Positions 37,701 to 52,406 of a DNA stretch of 64,000 nt are shown here, in pieces (within the stretch, counting starts at the first letter, position 1; each line of letters starts with the position of its first letter). Under the pieces are notes generated by a model, which searched no databases, was not told where the DNA came from, and saw nothing but the letters and a program-made list of their open reading frames with translations. The position numbers and the translations under genes were made by a program. The DNA comes from Podarcis liolepis (taxonomy: Eukaryota). Location of the stretch: the NCBI GenBank assembly GCA_965112155.1, contig OZ218106.1. One strand, written 5' to 3'.

Positions 37701-39734
37701 CAGGCGGTTTGGGAATACTGGGGGTGGAGTAGACTGCCTACTAAACCTCAAACCCTGGCTTGCCTATAAGGATGCAAATGATTTATTTATTTTTAAGCCA
37801 TAAAAGGGCTAGCCCTATTAGCATGCTCGGAATTCTGACATTCACTGGCTGTAGAAACACAAGGGTATGTAAGGGCTGTGCTTTCAGCCACTGAATTTCT
37901 CCCAGTTTGGGCACAACCCACCATTAGTGTGGAACGGAGAACCCCAAATCCAGTTCCTAATAACAGCGGCATGTGACCAAAGGTGCAGGCAATCAGCTAC
38001 CAAGTAACATTTTTAAAAAGTTAGATCAAACAGCAAGTATAAATGCTAAGTACAGAAAGGCTTTAGGGGAAGAAGCAATCAGACTCACCAGCTATTAAGA
38101 AAAAATACAGCTACTCCTTTGTTGGAGCAGAATAATTTCGCTTTCACTTGGTAATACATGGTTCTAAGTCATAAGCCACCACTCCAACTCTGGATTCACC
38201 CCACGGTGCTTATGTTCTTCAGCAACCAGGGAGCCCTAAGCAGATCATGGAATTCTTTCCTCTTGAAAGGATAGAACACTTTTTCTAACATGGAAAGCAC
38301 CCCACTCTCTACCATTTGCCTCACTGTGTAGCCTCATGATCAGAGAACCCAAATGATGATTAGAGTCTTAGCCAACGATGTACGTAAAAACCCTACAGTA
38401 CACTCTCTGAAAACTGTTGGTAACTGGATCAAAGCTTTTAAAATCTTACCTTTTTGTGGCAAATCTGTTGCTAATTTGCATGTGGATCAGACAAGAATAT
38501 TTTAGGCTTTTTACCTGTTTCAAAGTATTCTTTTTCTCTTCCATTTTTTTCCACATTATCCTCATTAACTGCTATATTGTATCTATTTTTAACATCTTAG
38601 TAATTTTCAAAAAGATTGTGCCCCGGAATGTCACCTGAACAGATACTTTCTTTTAGAAGTCTTTGAGAATGTTAATAGACTCTTTGATTCCTTTCGCTCA
38701 GTTGTTCGGTAATATGTATCATAGTGACACAAGAAGACATTTTCCGTAATTTATAAGACAAAAGTAGATTTTGTTGGACTGCCGGAAACAATTGCTATTC
38801 TGTAACATAAATAATATCAGCAGCAGTACTGTAATTCTAAATGAGCAGGAACTATTTGTGAGTCTGTGTCCATTGTATTAGATACCACTTTGTAATCGAG
38901 TAAGCTTTGAAAGTGGACGTTGATTTATATCTGTAAGTCAGGTCATTGTCCGTTTGCCACCACTTTTAGTTCAGAAAATATAAAGTAACATAAGCAGCAC
39001 ATGTAAAATCAATCTCAGTCTCACTCACATCTCATCTTGCATATCTGCATTAGAAGGTGCTAGCTGAAATGTGCTTGCATTCTCTCTCGTCATATACTGT
39101 CAATAAGAAGGAGCAGTCATGCAGTTATAATGAAGCAAGTTGGTCAAAAACAGTTCAGCAAGCAAAGTTTTATAAAGCACAATTCAAATTAATAGCCTTT
39201 TACAAAAGAACTCACTTCTTTAAGTCTTCTTTAAACATCGATGAATAGGATGTTTCTGAATTGCCAATGTTAATTGTGCTAGGATCGTGGTTGTAGTTCA
39301 TTGGGGTTTTTGTTACTGACTTCAGTGGGATTTAAAGTGGGCCTTTTAATATATAAAGATATTATGTTTTTCAAAATGTGTATTTGAATCAGCTTTTAGC
39401 CTTTTCTTTTCAATGGGGCATTTTTGCTTTTTGTAGGAAAAAAGGATTTGAGAAAAGTATTGTTAATAAAGAAAAGAGTGATAGACTCACTTCACACTTG
39501 AGTTAATTTCTTAACCACCACAGCATAGCAACTTATTATATACTTATAAAATGCAATTATAGTACCTGAATGACTTTAAAATATTTCTCCAAAGGGGACA
39601 GCCATGGCTGGTAGCAAAATTTTATATAACCCCACAAATTGTGCCACATGTATACCTGTGGCATACAAAACTCACTGTGTAATTTGTTAGGCAGTATATT
39701 AGGAATTTTACACTATTTTTGGTAAACTGCATGC

Positions 39735-39736
39735 AT

Positions 39737-39768
<32 letters not shown>
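39735..39768. repeat. (CA)n(GA)n microsatellite
   Basis: Read directly. Confidence 0.9.
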
Positions 39769-39908
39769 CAGCCTATAAATTTTGTGTTATATATATAGAG
39801 AGAGGGGGGCAAGTATCAAGCATGGCATCTAAGTATGTGCGCATCTAGCTTCATTGACAATTACGTTTAACAAATCCACACTTGTAACTATAATTGTAAA
39901 GCACATCT

Positions 39909-39913
<5 letters not shown>

Positions 39914-39958
<45 letters not shown>
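39914..39958. repeat. (TG)n microsatellite
   Basis: Read directly; it explains the CVCVCV ORF. Confidence 0.97.
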
Positions 39959-39962
<4 letters not shown>

Positions 39963-42249
39963 GTGGTTTTAACTATCCCAAGTGTTTGAGAGAGCTAAAA
40001 GGAACAAAAAGCAAGATGTGTAACATTTTTTCTGTATCCCATAATAGCCTGTGCGTCTTCCTGAAGCATAACAATGTAACTTTTTGGTTTCAACTCCTGC
40101 CCACTTCCCTCTTTTAAATTTTAATTTTAAAATTTCACTGACATCTTCAAACAGGGGAAAAATGACACTTCATGCAGCAGTTAAGGTGTTAACTTTTCAC
40201 TGTTGATATATTTTTATTTTCTTCACACACCACTAAGATGAGTTTTTGAATTAGGCTGCAGTGAGAGAAGCCCAAATAAACTACTTGGGATGTATCAATA
40301 TGTTTTAACACAGGAATCATATAAACCATTTCTGTATAGCTATACATCTACAGTGCAAGGTGTATACTTTATATTATAAGCACACACATTCATCAAATGC
40401 ACAGAGATTGATGTACCTACACACCCAACAAGAGAAATTATGTGTGATTTAAAAAATAATCCAAAAAACAAGGAAGAATGTATAATTGAATACATGGGAG
40501 ACTAACATGGAGGAAATAGATTTATCTGTCCATCTTTAGCAGACACACAATCTGGCACTAGGGCAAGACAGGAAGATGAGGCATATCATTCACTTCCTCT
40601 AAATCCTTTTCTCACTCTAGTAGGAATCCCCATTAATTGCACTACCTCACTGGAGTGCTATGTAGCATATTGAAACAAGGCTTCAAAAGAGTACTAAGTA
40701 CTAAGGCATCTAGAAGACAAAAAGTTGTAAAGGCAGGATATGCTTAACCTATGGAAATTGTGATTAAAGCTGAGTAGCTATTATTCTTATTTACGAAAAG
40801 GCGAACAGTTGTAATATTAAAATACCATTTAAAAAGGCATGGGGAGGGAAAATAGAGCAGTGCAAAGGTTGAGCATTTTCAAGCTTTTTAAAATACATCT
40901 CAGAAACATGAGAAGGAATAATTTAATCCACCTATTGATGGTGGGACAAGAAGCAAGGAAGAACTTATTGTGTTGGCATTTTGTGAGACACTGTTAGGCA
41001 GTGCTTTCAGCGACGAAATCTCAGCCTAGCTTTCCCCATTTTACAAACAGTAAAACAAAAACGAACCCCCCTGTATTAAATGAGAGAAGGAGAAATAACA
41101 GTCCAAAAAAAAAAAAAAAAGTTCCTTTCACTAAATTATCTGGCTTTAGTTAAAGAACCATCTAAAGCTGGACTGCAGGGTAAAGCTTCTGTCTTTTGCT
41201 TTGAAGCGCCATTGGTAGTTCTCCTCCAGGCAGTGCTTCAAAGCCAAGTTATTTCTGTTCCTCACAGCTCAATTGTGTGACTCAGTAGCACCCTAGAAGG
41301 GGGTAGGTTGTTTTTAATTGCATCCCTGCTTTAAAGGACCCCAGCTGCTATGAAAAGACGGGAAGACCTGATGCATGAGGAATCAGGGAGGTGGCACAGA
41401 TGAAAGGGTTAAGCAAGAAAGGAAGGGTTTTAAAATGTTCTCGTTTGCTAAATCCATAGCATCCTGTACAAGCTCTGTTCAACGTTCTTTTTATAAAGGG
41501 GGGGGGGATGCTGTCAAGATTTGTGGTAAATTGGTATTATTTCAGTTTGGCAGTATAAAAGTGGGGGAAATGACAAAATAATTTGATGTCTCTGTAATGG
41601 CTTTACAATTTACATGACCGTCATTTATTTTGGGTATACAGTGTTTCCCACCAGTGTTTCAGCTGCAATCCTATAAACAATTACCTGGGTGTAAAACTCA
41701 TTGTATTCAATGAGGTTTGCTAAAGTATGGACAATAGCCAGGCATCATCTTTTTTTAAAAAAAGAAATAATATTTGTAAAGTTTGCAGCACACACACACA
41801 CACACACAAAGTTCATGTTTTAGCTAATTAACAATTCAAAATTCATACTTCTCAAAATGTGAAAGAATATTGACCTAACGGGTATCACAAAAAATGTTCA
41901 TTATCACTTGAGGAATATTGTTTCCCTCTCCAGTAATAAACAGGACCACTGGGACGGGAGGAATCACCCACAAGCATGTGAGTGGTGCAGGCTGTCTCTC
42001 CTGGCCTGAACAGGACACAAATAGGTTCCGCTGGCAGGAACCAAGGCAGAACAGGCAGTGGAATGGACCTTCCGTTATGTACCAGTAATGTCACATATGT
42101 CAATTTTGCATGCTGGCAGGTTGCCAGCAGGGTTCAAAGCAACTCATATGCTGTTACCAATTCTCAACAGATCTGAAACCTAGAAGACCATGGTGTAGTT
42201 ATCTGTGTTCTAGTCCCACAACTGCAGTGGGAATCCTTTGTTGAATTCC

Positions 42250-42745
42250 CTTGTCCACATTATATACAGCATTTTGCCTAATCCTCTTTAAAAGCAGTCC
42301 AAGTTGGTGGCCATTAATGCCCTCTTTGGGAGCGAATTGCATAGTTTAACTATATGCTATTCTTTTGTGTGCCTACAATTCTCCAACATTCAGCTTCATC
42401 GAATGTCCATGAGTTCTAGTGTCATGGGGGGGGGGCAGTGGCAGAGCTTCATGTTCTGGCACCAGGGGGCGGAGAGCAGGCGGGGCAGGGCTAGCGTGCG
42501 TGCGTTCCAGGGGCAGGGTGTGCCACCCACAGGGGCATAGCAAGTGTCCTGGGGCGGTGCCACCTGCAGGGGTGTAGTGCCCAGTGTGGGTGGGGGGCAG
42601 CCGCGATGGCACCCCATCGGGATTGCACTTCTGGGGGCAGTGCACTCCCCCTGCACTCCTCTTCTTCCACCAGTGGAGGGGGGATTTCTCTATCCACTTT
42701 CTCCATACCATGCATGCTTTTACACATCTCTGTCATGTTGTCTCA
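42250..42745 (-). mobile_element. CR1 LINE ORF2 C-terminal fragment, split by a MITE
   Basis: Minus-strand translation MTEMCKSMHGMEKVDRE ... [insertion] ... HDTRTHGHSMKLNVG matches the CR1 consensus pattern YKIMHG.EKVDRE..F.LS..TRTRGH.MKL. Confidence 0.8.
42436..42675. mobile_element. GC-rich hAT-type MITE inserted in the CR1 fragment
   Basis: Termini cagtggcagag / cttccaccagtg. 8-bp TSD gggggggg / gagggggg. CR1 reading resumes on both sides. Confidence 0.8.
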
Positions 42746-45700
42746 TTGCTATCGCTCCTGTTATTGTGCCAGAATATAATGTGTAGCCATAAGTAGTGAG
42801 GCAAAGTGATATGTGTAGCTGATTGTTGCCTTCAAAGGATGGGGAGCAAGATGGCTCCTAAGATCCTATTCAAATGAATTCTAAGCAGCTACATTTACAC
42901 GACCTTATAGTGTGGTCTGACATGTGCCTACAGAGAAGTTTGTTTCACTTTGTTCGAAGTGGATTACTTTCAAAATGAGTGTTTTTGCAGATTTACAATC
43001 CTAGGCATAGTGCTATTGAGTTCAATGAGACTGGCTTCTGCGTAACTGCCTATGGGATTGCAGTGTCCAACAACTGGATCATAGCTCTGTAATATTTTGC
43101 ATGTCAAGAAGGTATTTTCAGAGCTCCATCTCCTTTGTTTACAGACTTTCTTTTTGTAATAGTATTTTTTTTTTTGAAGTAGAAAGCTGAATTTATGCTT
43201 AAGTTATCCATAAGCTATTTCTTCAGCAGTGTGTGAAACTTTTTAGGCAGACTTCACAGTCTCACAAAACTGTCACAGAGAATATTAGTCACGATAGTAT
43301 GATTCAAATAAAAAAAAAAAGGCAAAGGAAAATCATGCCAGAGAAAAAAATGTGGTTTGATTTTTCTTTCCCAAGGTGCTCTGCAATTTTCCACTTTTTA
43401 TGGATAATTTAAGTTGTCTGCTCCTGCTGCCTCGGGCCTGTCTATCCCCCACTGTGCTGAATCAGCATTTAAGGAAGCAGAGTTTCCTTTTTCCATATGT
43501 GAAGTCAGCAGTCCTTTGCTAAGAGAAGGTCCTGTTTTCTGGAGTGTCAGTTCAGCACAGCAGGGAAGAAGTGGCCTGGCGGCATTGGAAACATACAATT
43601 AAAACTTGCCAAAGTAAGGAACAGAACCTCAGAATGGACTAAAAGAACTGATAGGGGTAGATGGAATTAAGATAATGTTTTTGAAAAAGTGCTAGTGGAG
43701 ATGAGCAACTGCAATGATTGGGCTAGCCTTAGTCTCAAATGTGTGAGAGATGGTTGTGATTTTTGTTAGTTAAGCTGCTAGGCTGTACACAGTTACTTGG
43801 GAGTAAGCCCCACTTTTTCTGAGTGGATAGTTCCTCAGCCAGAGGTGATGGAAAGGTACCCTGCATGTTTTCAACATTGCTCTTTCTAGTCATACTTCAC
43901 ATGTTCAGAGAGGACCATTGCCATTCCCAGCAGTTTTTTACGGGAGGGTGCTAAACTGGGGATAAGCCCTGGCTAAAAATAAGCCATCAGTACAACACTC
44001 CCATATCTTTAAACATTTTTCAAGGAAGGAGTTTTTCATGCCAATGTTTGTTTGTACTGTCACATCTAAGGACGTTTCTTGTGCTTAGGAAGCCAGCAGA
44101 GGTATAGTCTAAAGTCAGCTCATTGCAAAACCATACAAAGAAGCCCTTTGAAACATAACATCCCAGGCAATGTTTTACCTGTCCAGGAAATCTAGGACCT
44201 CCTTTGGGTCCTCTACAAGCCTGTGGCTTCATATCTGAAAGATGACATTTTGTAGAAGAAGGAACTGCTGAAGTGGTGGAACCAGCCTCTTTATTAAGTT
44301 AATGGTTGTAACCATGGTTGAAACATCTTTTGGCATGGCAAAAGTGCTGACCAAGTACAGTACAAGTGTATTGCCCTGAAAAGGACTAGCTAGGGATGTT
44401 CCCAGGTGAAGAAAGCAAGCCTTCCACATTCACCAGGCTCGATGTGATGCCATCCTGGGTGTAGGAGATCAATAGACCATGGTCAGTCTACTCTGGTCTG
44501 GAATTGGCAAGCCACTGAGGTTTGACTAGCTGTGTGCGCTAAAACCAAAGTTATGACTTTGGAAACCTCACTGGACACCTTATGGAGTAGAAAGATATGT
44601 GGGAGGCTTAATGCTGTGTGGCTTTCCATTTTATGCTGAGCATATATGTGTGTATGTGTAAATAAATTCATTATCACAAAGAAACCATAGTCTCTGGTGA
44701 CTTGCATTCAAAAGAAACCAAACCCAAGGATTGTACTAGGACCCATGAACTCTCCTCTGAGATTGGGGTGGGCATATAATAACAGTCCAAACAGTTCATT
44801 TTGACAAACATTTTAAATTCATTATAAAATAGGCAATGAAAAATAATTAAAACACACATAAATTATATGAACGATTTGCCAAAATATACAAACAAGAGTC
44901 AAACTTTCCTGTGGATGAAGGTATTAATAAATAAAATAGCCCACCTCCAGTTTCTCAAAAGTTCCAAATACAGGAAAATAACAACCATCTATTGCAGCCT
45001 GCATCAGGTAATTTATATACCCCACTATCTCTCATATTGTGGTTTGGTTCTTCAAGACTCTAACAGCAACATCTCTGGATGTCCCTGCTTCTTCCAATAC
45101 TACTCCCATGCCTCTACCAACACTGTGAAAACATTTGTAGTTGTGCAAGGATTCATAGATTGCTCTAGTAATGATTGTAACTGCAGTAGTATTGGTGGGT
45201 ATGTTTTCATTCCACCAGCAGCACTGGGGCATTTAAAAAAGTTTAAGTTCTTTATCAATCCAGTGTTGCTATGCTTGAACCAAAACCAAAGATCTCCAGA
45301 ACTCCTTAGGCAGTACTCCTGATAGCTTCACATTGTGAGACCCATTATACCTGTAAAGTCCAATTGGAAGGCTTGTAAAGCCTTTTGAAGGGCACAAACA
45401 AGTACCCCCCCCCAAAAAAGGACTTGTTTGAAGTTGCAAATTAAAAAGAAACATATAAGCAAGAACACACACCACTCAGCCATTTCTTAATTATTGTAAG
45501 AAAGAGACAAACCCCTGCTTCTCTCCCCCATAAGGGGCTATATTAGAAAGTGAATCACTTTTATTTCCCCCTCCAAAAATTCCTGGACCTATCTGTCTGC
45601 AATTTGGCAGGCTTTGGATGGATTCGTGTGCCAGCAATTTTCACTTTGACCACAAGGTAAAAGGTTATAGCTGTGTTTAGATTCCCCATCTTAGCGAGCA

Positions 45701-48700
45701 GAGGAACAGAGAGCTCCACTTTATACAGAGCGGCTTAGGAGCTCAATTACAGAATGAAGTGGAGAGCACAAAGTAACAAAAACAGAAGGGAATTCTAAGA
45801 TATGCTCAGATATAGGACAGATCTTGTGGCCAGTTCACACTCCTATTAAATACTGTGTGAGGAGGGAAGTACGGTTATTAAGGTGTTTGACAGTAGGCCA
45901 TATTGTCATGGAAGCTGTATGAAATTGTCACAATTTGGACAACTTTTTGCTTGGGTTTTTGTTTTTTGTTTTACCTTTTATTTGTCCTGCTTCATTCTAG
46001 GCCAACAATTCAGTATTATTTTTTTCTACCTAAACAAATGCACCACCAAAGTAACTGTAAAATATTTCAAAACTCCAATGAATAAAAAAAGCTGACTTGG
46101 CTGCACTGGTGCCTGGTTCTTTAAACAAATGTCAAGAAAGAAAACAAATAAATAGAACTCTTCCATACATTTACCAAGAAGCATTTGTGTTTGCATTGGA
46201 AGAAAAAAATAAATAACACTGTTCTCTGGAATTAGTTTATCCTATCCCAGAACTAAATCCTGTTATCTCTAACTGTCAGTGTAATAAAGAATGTACCTAT
46301 GGTTTCCAAATGAAATACCCAGTATTTCAACATCATTACAAATACTGTCATTGTCCTGCGGTTAGGAAGATTAAACCTGACTCTTCCACCAAACGGTTCT
46401 ATTTTGGGCAAGTTGAATTTTAAAAAGCATGCTAATGGCTCCCAAAATGACACACTTGAATAAATCAAATTCAAGAATGTTCTACTTCTCAAAGTACAGT
46501 TTATTTTTAAAGAATGATTTTGACAAGTCAACAGAATTGCAGCAGATCAGTCAAAGTATATTGTTGTGCAGCAAGAGCCTCCAGGGGTTCCAGTGCTTTC
46601 CCAGGGTTTGGTTTTCTTGGAATGCAGGTCACTGTAGACTGTGATGTGTTTGGAATATATGCTTTCCCTTCCCCACATATACAACCTGAGCATAGGATGG
46701 AATAACATACAGCATTAACAGATCTTACTTCCCCATTAGGTTTATAGGAGAATCCTCAAATCCATAGCTTGGGGTGTCAGCATAGAGGGAGCAAAGCAAG
46801 CCTATCTTTTCCAGCTCCCAGCTTCAGATGAAACTAAAATAAAGACTATCCCCATGGTTTATTGTTCTCCCACTGCTAGAATGATGTGGAATCCAGCCAG
46901 GTGGAAGAGCACCACCAACCTGTTGTCTCTATAGCAACATGACTAACTGGCCATTCAGATAGGATACTTACAGCCCCCAGTTAGGGCAGTACACTTACCA
47001 AAGAAACCAGCTTGACTAGTTCAACATTTCCCCTCCACTGCAGGCTCATAATTTTGCAGATTCAAAATAAAAGGATTGGTTGGAACCCAAAGATATCATT
47101 CAAACCAATCTCCCAAACCTATAAGACAGTGCATTTTTGAAAGGAAGCAGGTGGCATATTAATTTGAAGATACGGGGCATTAAAAATAAGTACAATATAT
47201 AAGTGCAAGAGAATAAAAAATGTCGTAATACCAAAACACAAATATTAGCACAACCCGGAGAATAGTAATTTGGTTTTGAACAAAATTATTGAGTGCAATT
47301 CTGTGGACATGTTTTTCATGGAAAAGTCAGTGGAAGGCCTTTATGTGTCTGCAAAGAAATGAAACCTCAGCTGTTTCATTAATTATTGCAGGCGTAAATT
47401 TTGTGTGATGACTGTTTAAGGCAGAGCCACGGACAGAGGCTTAGCATTTACAGGATGCATGTAACAGAAAACAAAGAGTAGCACACCAGACAGACCAAGC
47501 ATTACATTACCTGAAGCAGGTGGAGGTGCAGCACCAACAGTGGAAAGGTGGCTGCCACCACGGTGAGCAATGACTGAGCAACTTAGTAGGGTGGCTAGTC
47601 ATGAGGTGAGTGGCCCTGTAGGATCTCTTACACTTCCTGAGACACATAGTGAATGATCCAGAATTTAGACACATACAGTATAACACAGAGGGTATGTATA
47701 AAGATTTGGATGTCCTTTTTGCAAGTCATGTAATCCCCGCATGGGAAAGTGGCATACATGTTACTTTATATTGGCCACTAGATGAAGCAAGTGTGGTCAC
47801 TGTATTTCCGCAACAGACTTCTGCAGTCGAAATTCCTCATTTGTTGCTCTCTGCTATAGCACTCCTTACATCCCAAAAATATGTTCCAAAGGGTTGGGGA
47901 ACACTCCAGAACAGTGTTTTTTTTTGGGGGGGGAGGTGAATAGTTAAGAGTTAGGGGAAGTCTCATTGTACAAGCAGAAGATTCAGCATTGGATATAACC
48001 CTAAACTGTGGCTCTCACATTTTTTTATCCTTCCTTCTGGTTACATTAGCAGCTTCTATACGTTCTCCCAATGAATGAACCCTGTTACTAGTTGAACCAT
48101 TCTTGAGAATGGTTTTATCTTGAATAATTGAAACTACTTCATGGCAACTGAGACTGCTGTCCTATATGCACTTGCCTGGGAGTAAATCTAACTGAAAATC
48201 CAAGTAGACATGCATGTGATTGTGTTTCTCCTAGAGGAGCAAATAGCAATGTATGTTTGTTTAACGTTTGATAAGGAGAGAGGTTGTAAATTTCCATTAA
48301 TATGTTTTCTTATTCGGCAAACTTTAAAAAAGAAGAAAAATCCCTGTTTATATTACTCAGAAATACAAGCAATCCAGGGAAACATCATTATCTGTATGTA
48401 GCCAGGTCACTCAAGCCAAATATTTGTTTTAATATATTGCTCTCCATGAAAATTATTTTGATTTTACACTATTGCAAACAACCCAGGGAACTTTTGACTG
48501 CCACCAAGTGGGAAAGCAAGCAGGCTTTGGTAAATCAGCTAAGGTAGCGTGTCTCTTCAGCATTCTTTCTTCTTAACCTGCCTTTTCACTGAAGTTTAGG
48601 CTTTCTGCATTTCTTAGTCCCTGTGGAATTAATTAACTCTATTTCTAGAGGAAAAAAAGAGGACAATTTAAATGTAACAGTGTTTGTAATTCTCATTTTG

Positions 48701-51700
48701 AACAGAAAATGTCTAATCAACACCTGCAGTCTGGATGTGCATTAGTTTACTCTGCATGCTACCTAGAAAATATAGCCTAATGATGCTTTTGATAGAGTAA
48801 ACATTTGCAAATGAGGGTTCAATTGCATATATTCTGTGTGCTGTATAAACAAAGCAAACGAGTTCAATTTGTGTGGCTTTCTTCAGATTGTGATAGGAAA
48901 TGTGTGATGGAGAACCCCCTTTGGAAACATTTAGATATCTTGGAATTAAAACTGTCCCCACAATTGTCACGATTGTCTATTACATTGAGGTAATAGCAAC
49001 TGTGTCTCTAGGAGCCCATCCCAGTGTCCCTTCAAAACCGAAATGCATCCTACAAACCTGATTAGGCAACCATCTGATAAATGTCTGGTTAAGTGGTGGT
49101 GATCATTAAGAAATCTACCTGATTTGATGTAAATAGATTTGTTTTATACCACGTTTTCCTTTAGCATGTAACCATGTGACTGGAAAGGTCAGTTTCAAAG
49201 ATCCTTAATGCACAAATGACACTAAGATACACCACTCCTCTCCTGACTGGCTAGAAATCCCAATGCCAAAGGCGTACCTTTGTATCTCATGATGTCTGTA
49301 CAGTTTTACCCTAAAGTACCTACTACTATGTTTCATTACAGTGTTTTCTTCTGATCCATGTAAACAATTTACTCTTACTATGCCAACAAAAATTGATTGA
49401 CTGATTGATTGATTTATATCAAGGCTTGAATATGCTGAGTCTTACCTTAGTATCAATTAACTAGAAGCCATCATAAAATGCAGAGCCTAAGCAGATAGAT
49501 TAATTTGTACCTTTTAGGTCATTTTCTGCATTTCCAGAATCTGTTTATACTTTACTCTCTCTTGAAATAGAGCAAATAAAATTATTGGGGGTATTTCTGA
49601 AGTTCAGTACTATCCCCACAGGTGAAGACATTTATGTAATATTACTAGTTTGAAGAGTGAGATATTGGGTGGGTTTGGGATGACCTCACAACTGAGAATG
49701 ATGGTAGTATAATCTACACCCAAAGGATGCCGTCCTAAGCAATGTCGCTACTGGAGGGCCATACTTTGGGATTGAACCAGTGCATATGGAGATGTGTCAG
49801 CAAGGGAACTACAGTAAAATGGAGATAAAGATTTTTTAATCCAAATCTAGAAGACCTTGCAGAATATGAGTTTCCGTCATGCTTTGAGCTTAGAACAAAT
49901 GACAACCTTGTTAAGACAGAACTTGAAGGCTATTATCGATTATTCTTTCTTTGGATCTTTTCCATTTGAAAGCAAACTTTTGTAAGGGAGTATGATACTG
50001 ATTTTGTCCCTGTTAACCACTGATTTCTTGAACATGTTTCTAGAAATTCTTAATACAAAGGAATGCTTTGTTTGTTTCTAAAGGAAATGATCTTTAAAGT
50101 AATATGGCTCTGAAGATAAGTAACACAGTGCTGTTAGAAACTCATTTGATGACATGAGCATTATATCACTGTCAATACCAGGTGGAAGCTTATATATGGA
50201 GCCCAGTTTTATAAAAGATACACTAGAAATGTGGCTGGTCCTAGCACTTCAAGAGGCTTGGCAAAAGCTTAAGAGAATTTTGATTCAAAGCCCCTCAAGG
50301 TGGCATTTGTGTTTTTGTTCGTTCCAATACCGTACTTCCAAATTCTTACAGTCGGGTTTTCCCCCCCAAACAAAAAAATGTTTTATTTCACACAAAAGAG
50401 GTTATTCAGAGAAACACTGCAATGTACTGTATTCTCTTTATGTTTCTCTTCTTGAGAGTAAATGGAAAGTGGCTTAATGAGGATCTGTATTACCAACAGG
50501 TATTTATGATAGGCTTCAATACCTTTGTGTTAGAAACAAACTGAAATGATTTAAAGTAATAAACTGAAAGTGTGAAATTAGAGCCCCATGATACATTGTT
50601 TCACTGGGTGCTTAAAAAAAGGTTCAATAATAGTACTAAACAGTCATTACATCAAAAGCAAAACTCAGTATTGAGCTGTGTGTTTTCTGCATTGCAATTA
50701 CTAAACATGCAGTTTCTAAATAATTATATGAATGAATTTCCTAAAATAGTTCTCTACATATTTTGGTAATTAATACTGTATATTTTTGGCAAATCACCAA
50801 ATAATTTATTAACAGTAATACCAGCAACAGCTTGTTGGAATGAGAGGGAAATAACTAACATTTAAGGAATATAGTAAACATAGAGCTATTCAGCATGATT
50901 TCACAGTGCATGAAACACAAGCATTGAATTCATTTTTAACACTGTGTTAATCTTTGACATTTGTTCAATTTTATTCTCAATTGTTGTCTGCTTCTCTCAA
51001 CAATATAGGAAACTGGAGCTTTGTTACACTGGGTTCTTTTCTGTAGCCTCTGCTCTTTTCCACAAAGGCTCAGCACCTGTGCAAACCAAGCTTAAGGAAC
51101 ATTCTAGAACATTAACCATAGAGCTTCAACTCTTACCCTGTCCAATAGAACAGCCTTCCATCTGTAAAAACCTCAAAGGTTGGGTCTGGCATCTTTCCAC
51201 ACAATTCTCATCTAACCTCCCCATTGTATTTAGAGTGTGTAGGACCCAGCTTAGTTCTGAGGAGATGGGGGGGGCGGTGGAACCGGTTACACCAATTTCA
51301 GTGCTTTACATTTATTATCAGTGTAATAAATAAATAATGATACGAGGAATTCTTTTCACACTGCCTGAACATTACCAAGCAAGCATGTCACCATTGCTTT
51401 TTGAAGCTTAACATCCTCGTGGGAACAAGTGCTGACAGCTACTAATTCTGACAGGACTATGGAGTGCCCCACACTATGAGTGGGGGAGGGCAATACAATA
51501 GCAATGGTTTGATTGTTTCTAGTATCCATCAGCAAGAAAGCTGCCTTGTGTTCCAAGCTCTCTTCCACATATTGTGAGGGGCCTAGTGCTGACCCTTAGT
51601 GTCAATGGCAACTTTATTCTCCACATAACTCACTAAAATGGTATCTTATTTCCATCTCACCCATCCTTCAGTTCTCAATTCTTTCTGACCTACAAGAAGT

Positions 51701-52212
51701 CAGGGAACTGTTTCTCATGGCCTTGACATTTGCAGGCCCATCAGTTTTTTTTAATCAGGACAGCTTAAGGAGAATAGCAGTCAGGTTGTATCTGTTAACG
51801 CTAATCCTAAGCAATGTTTCTGAACTTCCCCTCAGAGGCCTTTTCATTGGCTATTGTCCACATACACCATTTGCTATGTGTTGGCAAATCAACTTCTGCT
51901 GCGAAATGCCATTTGACTCAGGACCTGGCTCTACCTTCTGCTTTTCTAGAGGCATTTTCCTGACTTTTTTATGTTAAGCAGCCACCTGGTCCATTCCATC
52001 AACATTTGTAAAACACTATGCTGTAGATGTGTGAGCAAAACTAGACATAGTCTTTGTCAGAGTAGTTCTTCATAGCGTATATTATTTCCCTGTTTATATA
52101 AAGCTTTCCAGAAATATAAACATATAGTTATATATGGACACTATATGGGTATTTAAAAGTTGCATATCTGTAACTGGGGTTTTATGAATGCAAGCATTCC
52201 AGTCAGCATTCC

Positions 52213-52405
52213 TTATTTATTACAATTGAATCCCATCTTTCCTCAAGGAACTCAGGGTTTGGTACATAGGTCTCCTCCTCCCTGTTTTATTCTCATAATA
52301 ACCCTGTGAGGTAGGTTAGCATGACTGCCCCAAGGTCACCCAGTGAGCTTCATGGCCAAGTGGGGATGTAAATCCAATCCAGTGCTCTAAGTACTAAACC
52401 ACCAC
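52213..52405 (-). mobile_element. Older Squam3/MIR-like SINE
   Basis: aataaccctgtgaggtaggttag...cccaaggtcacccagtgagcttcatggc is reverse-complementary to the body of the SINE at 54292 (ctgggtgaccttggg, acctcacag). Confidence 0.7.
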
Positions 52406-52406
52406 C

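Noticed and set aside
44867-45475. Overlapping ORFs of 151, 66 and 68 aa
   Set aside because: No recognisable motifs and no convincing splice-site pair.
49650-49970. Protein-looking stretches (LHPKDAVLSNVATGGPYFGIEP...; NPNLEDLAEYEFPSCFELRTND...) suggesting a pseudogene or endogenous viral fragment
   Set aside because: Joining them needs at least two frameshifts, each open stretch is only ~40 codons, and I recognise no family. A TBLASTX/HHpred search would be needed to revive it.
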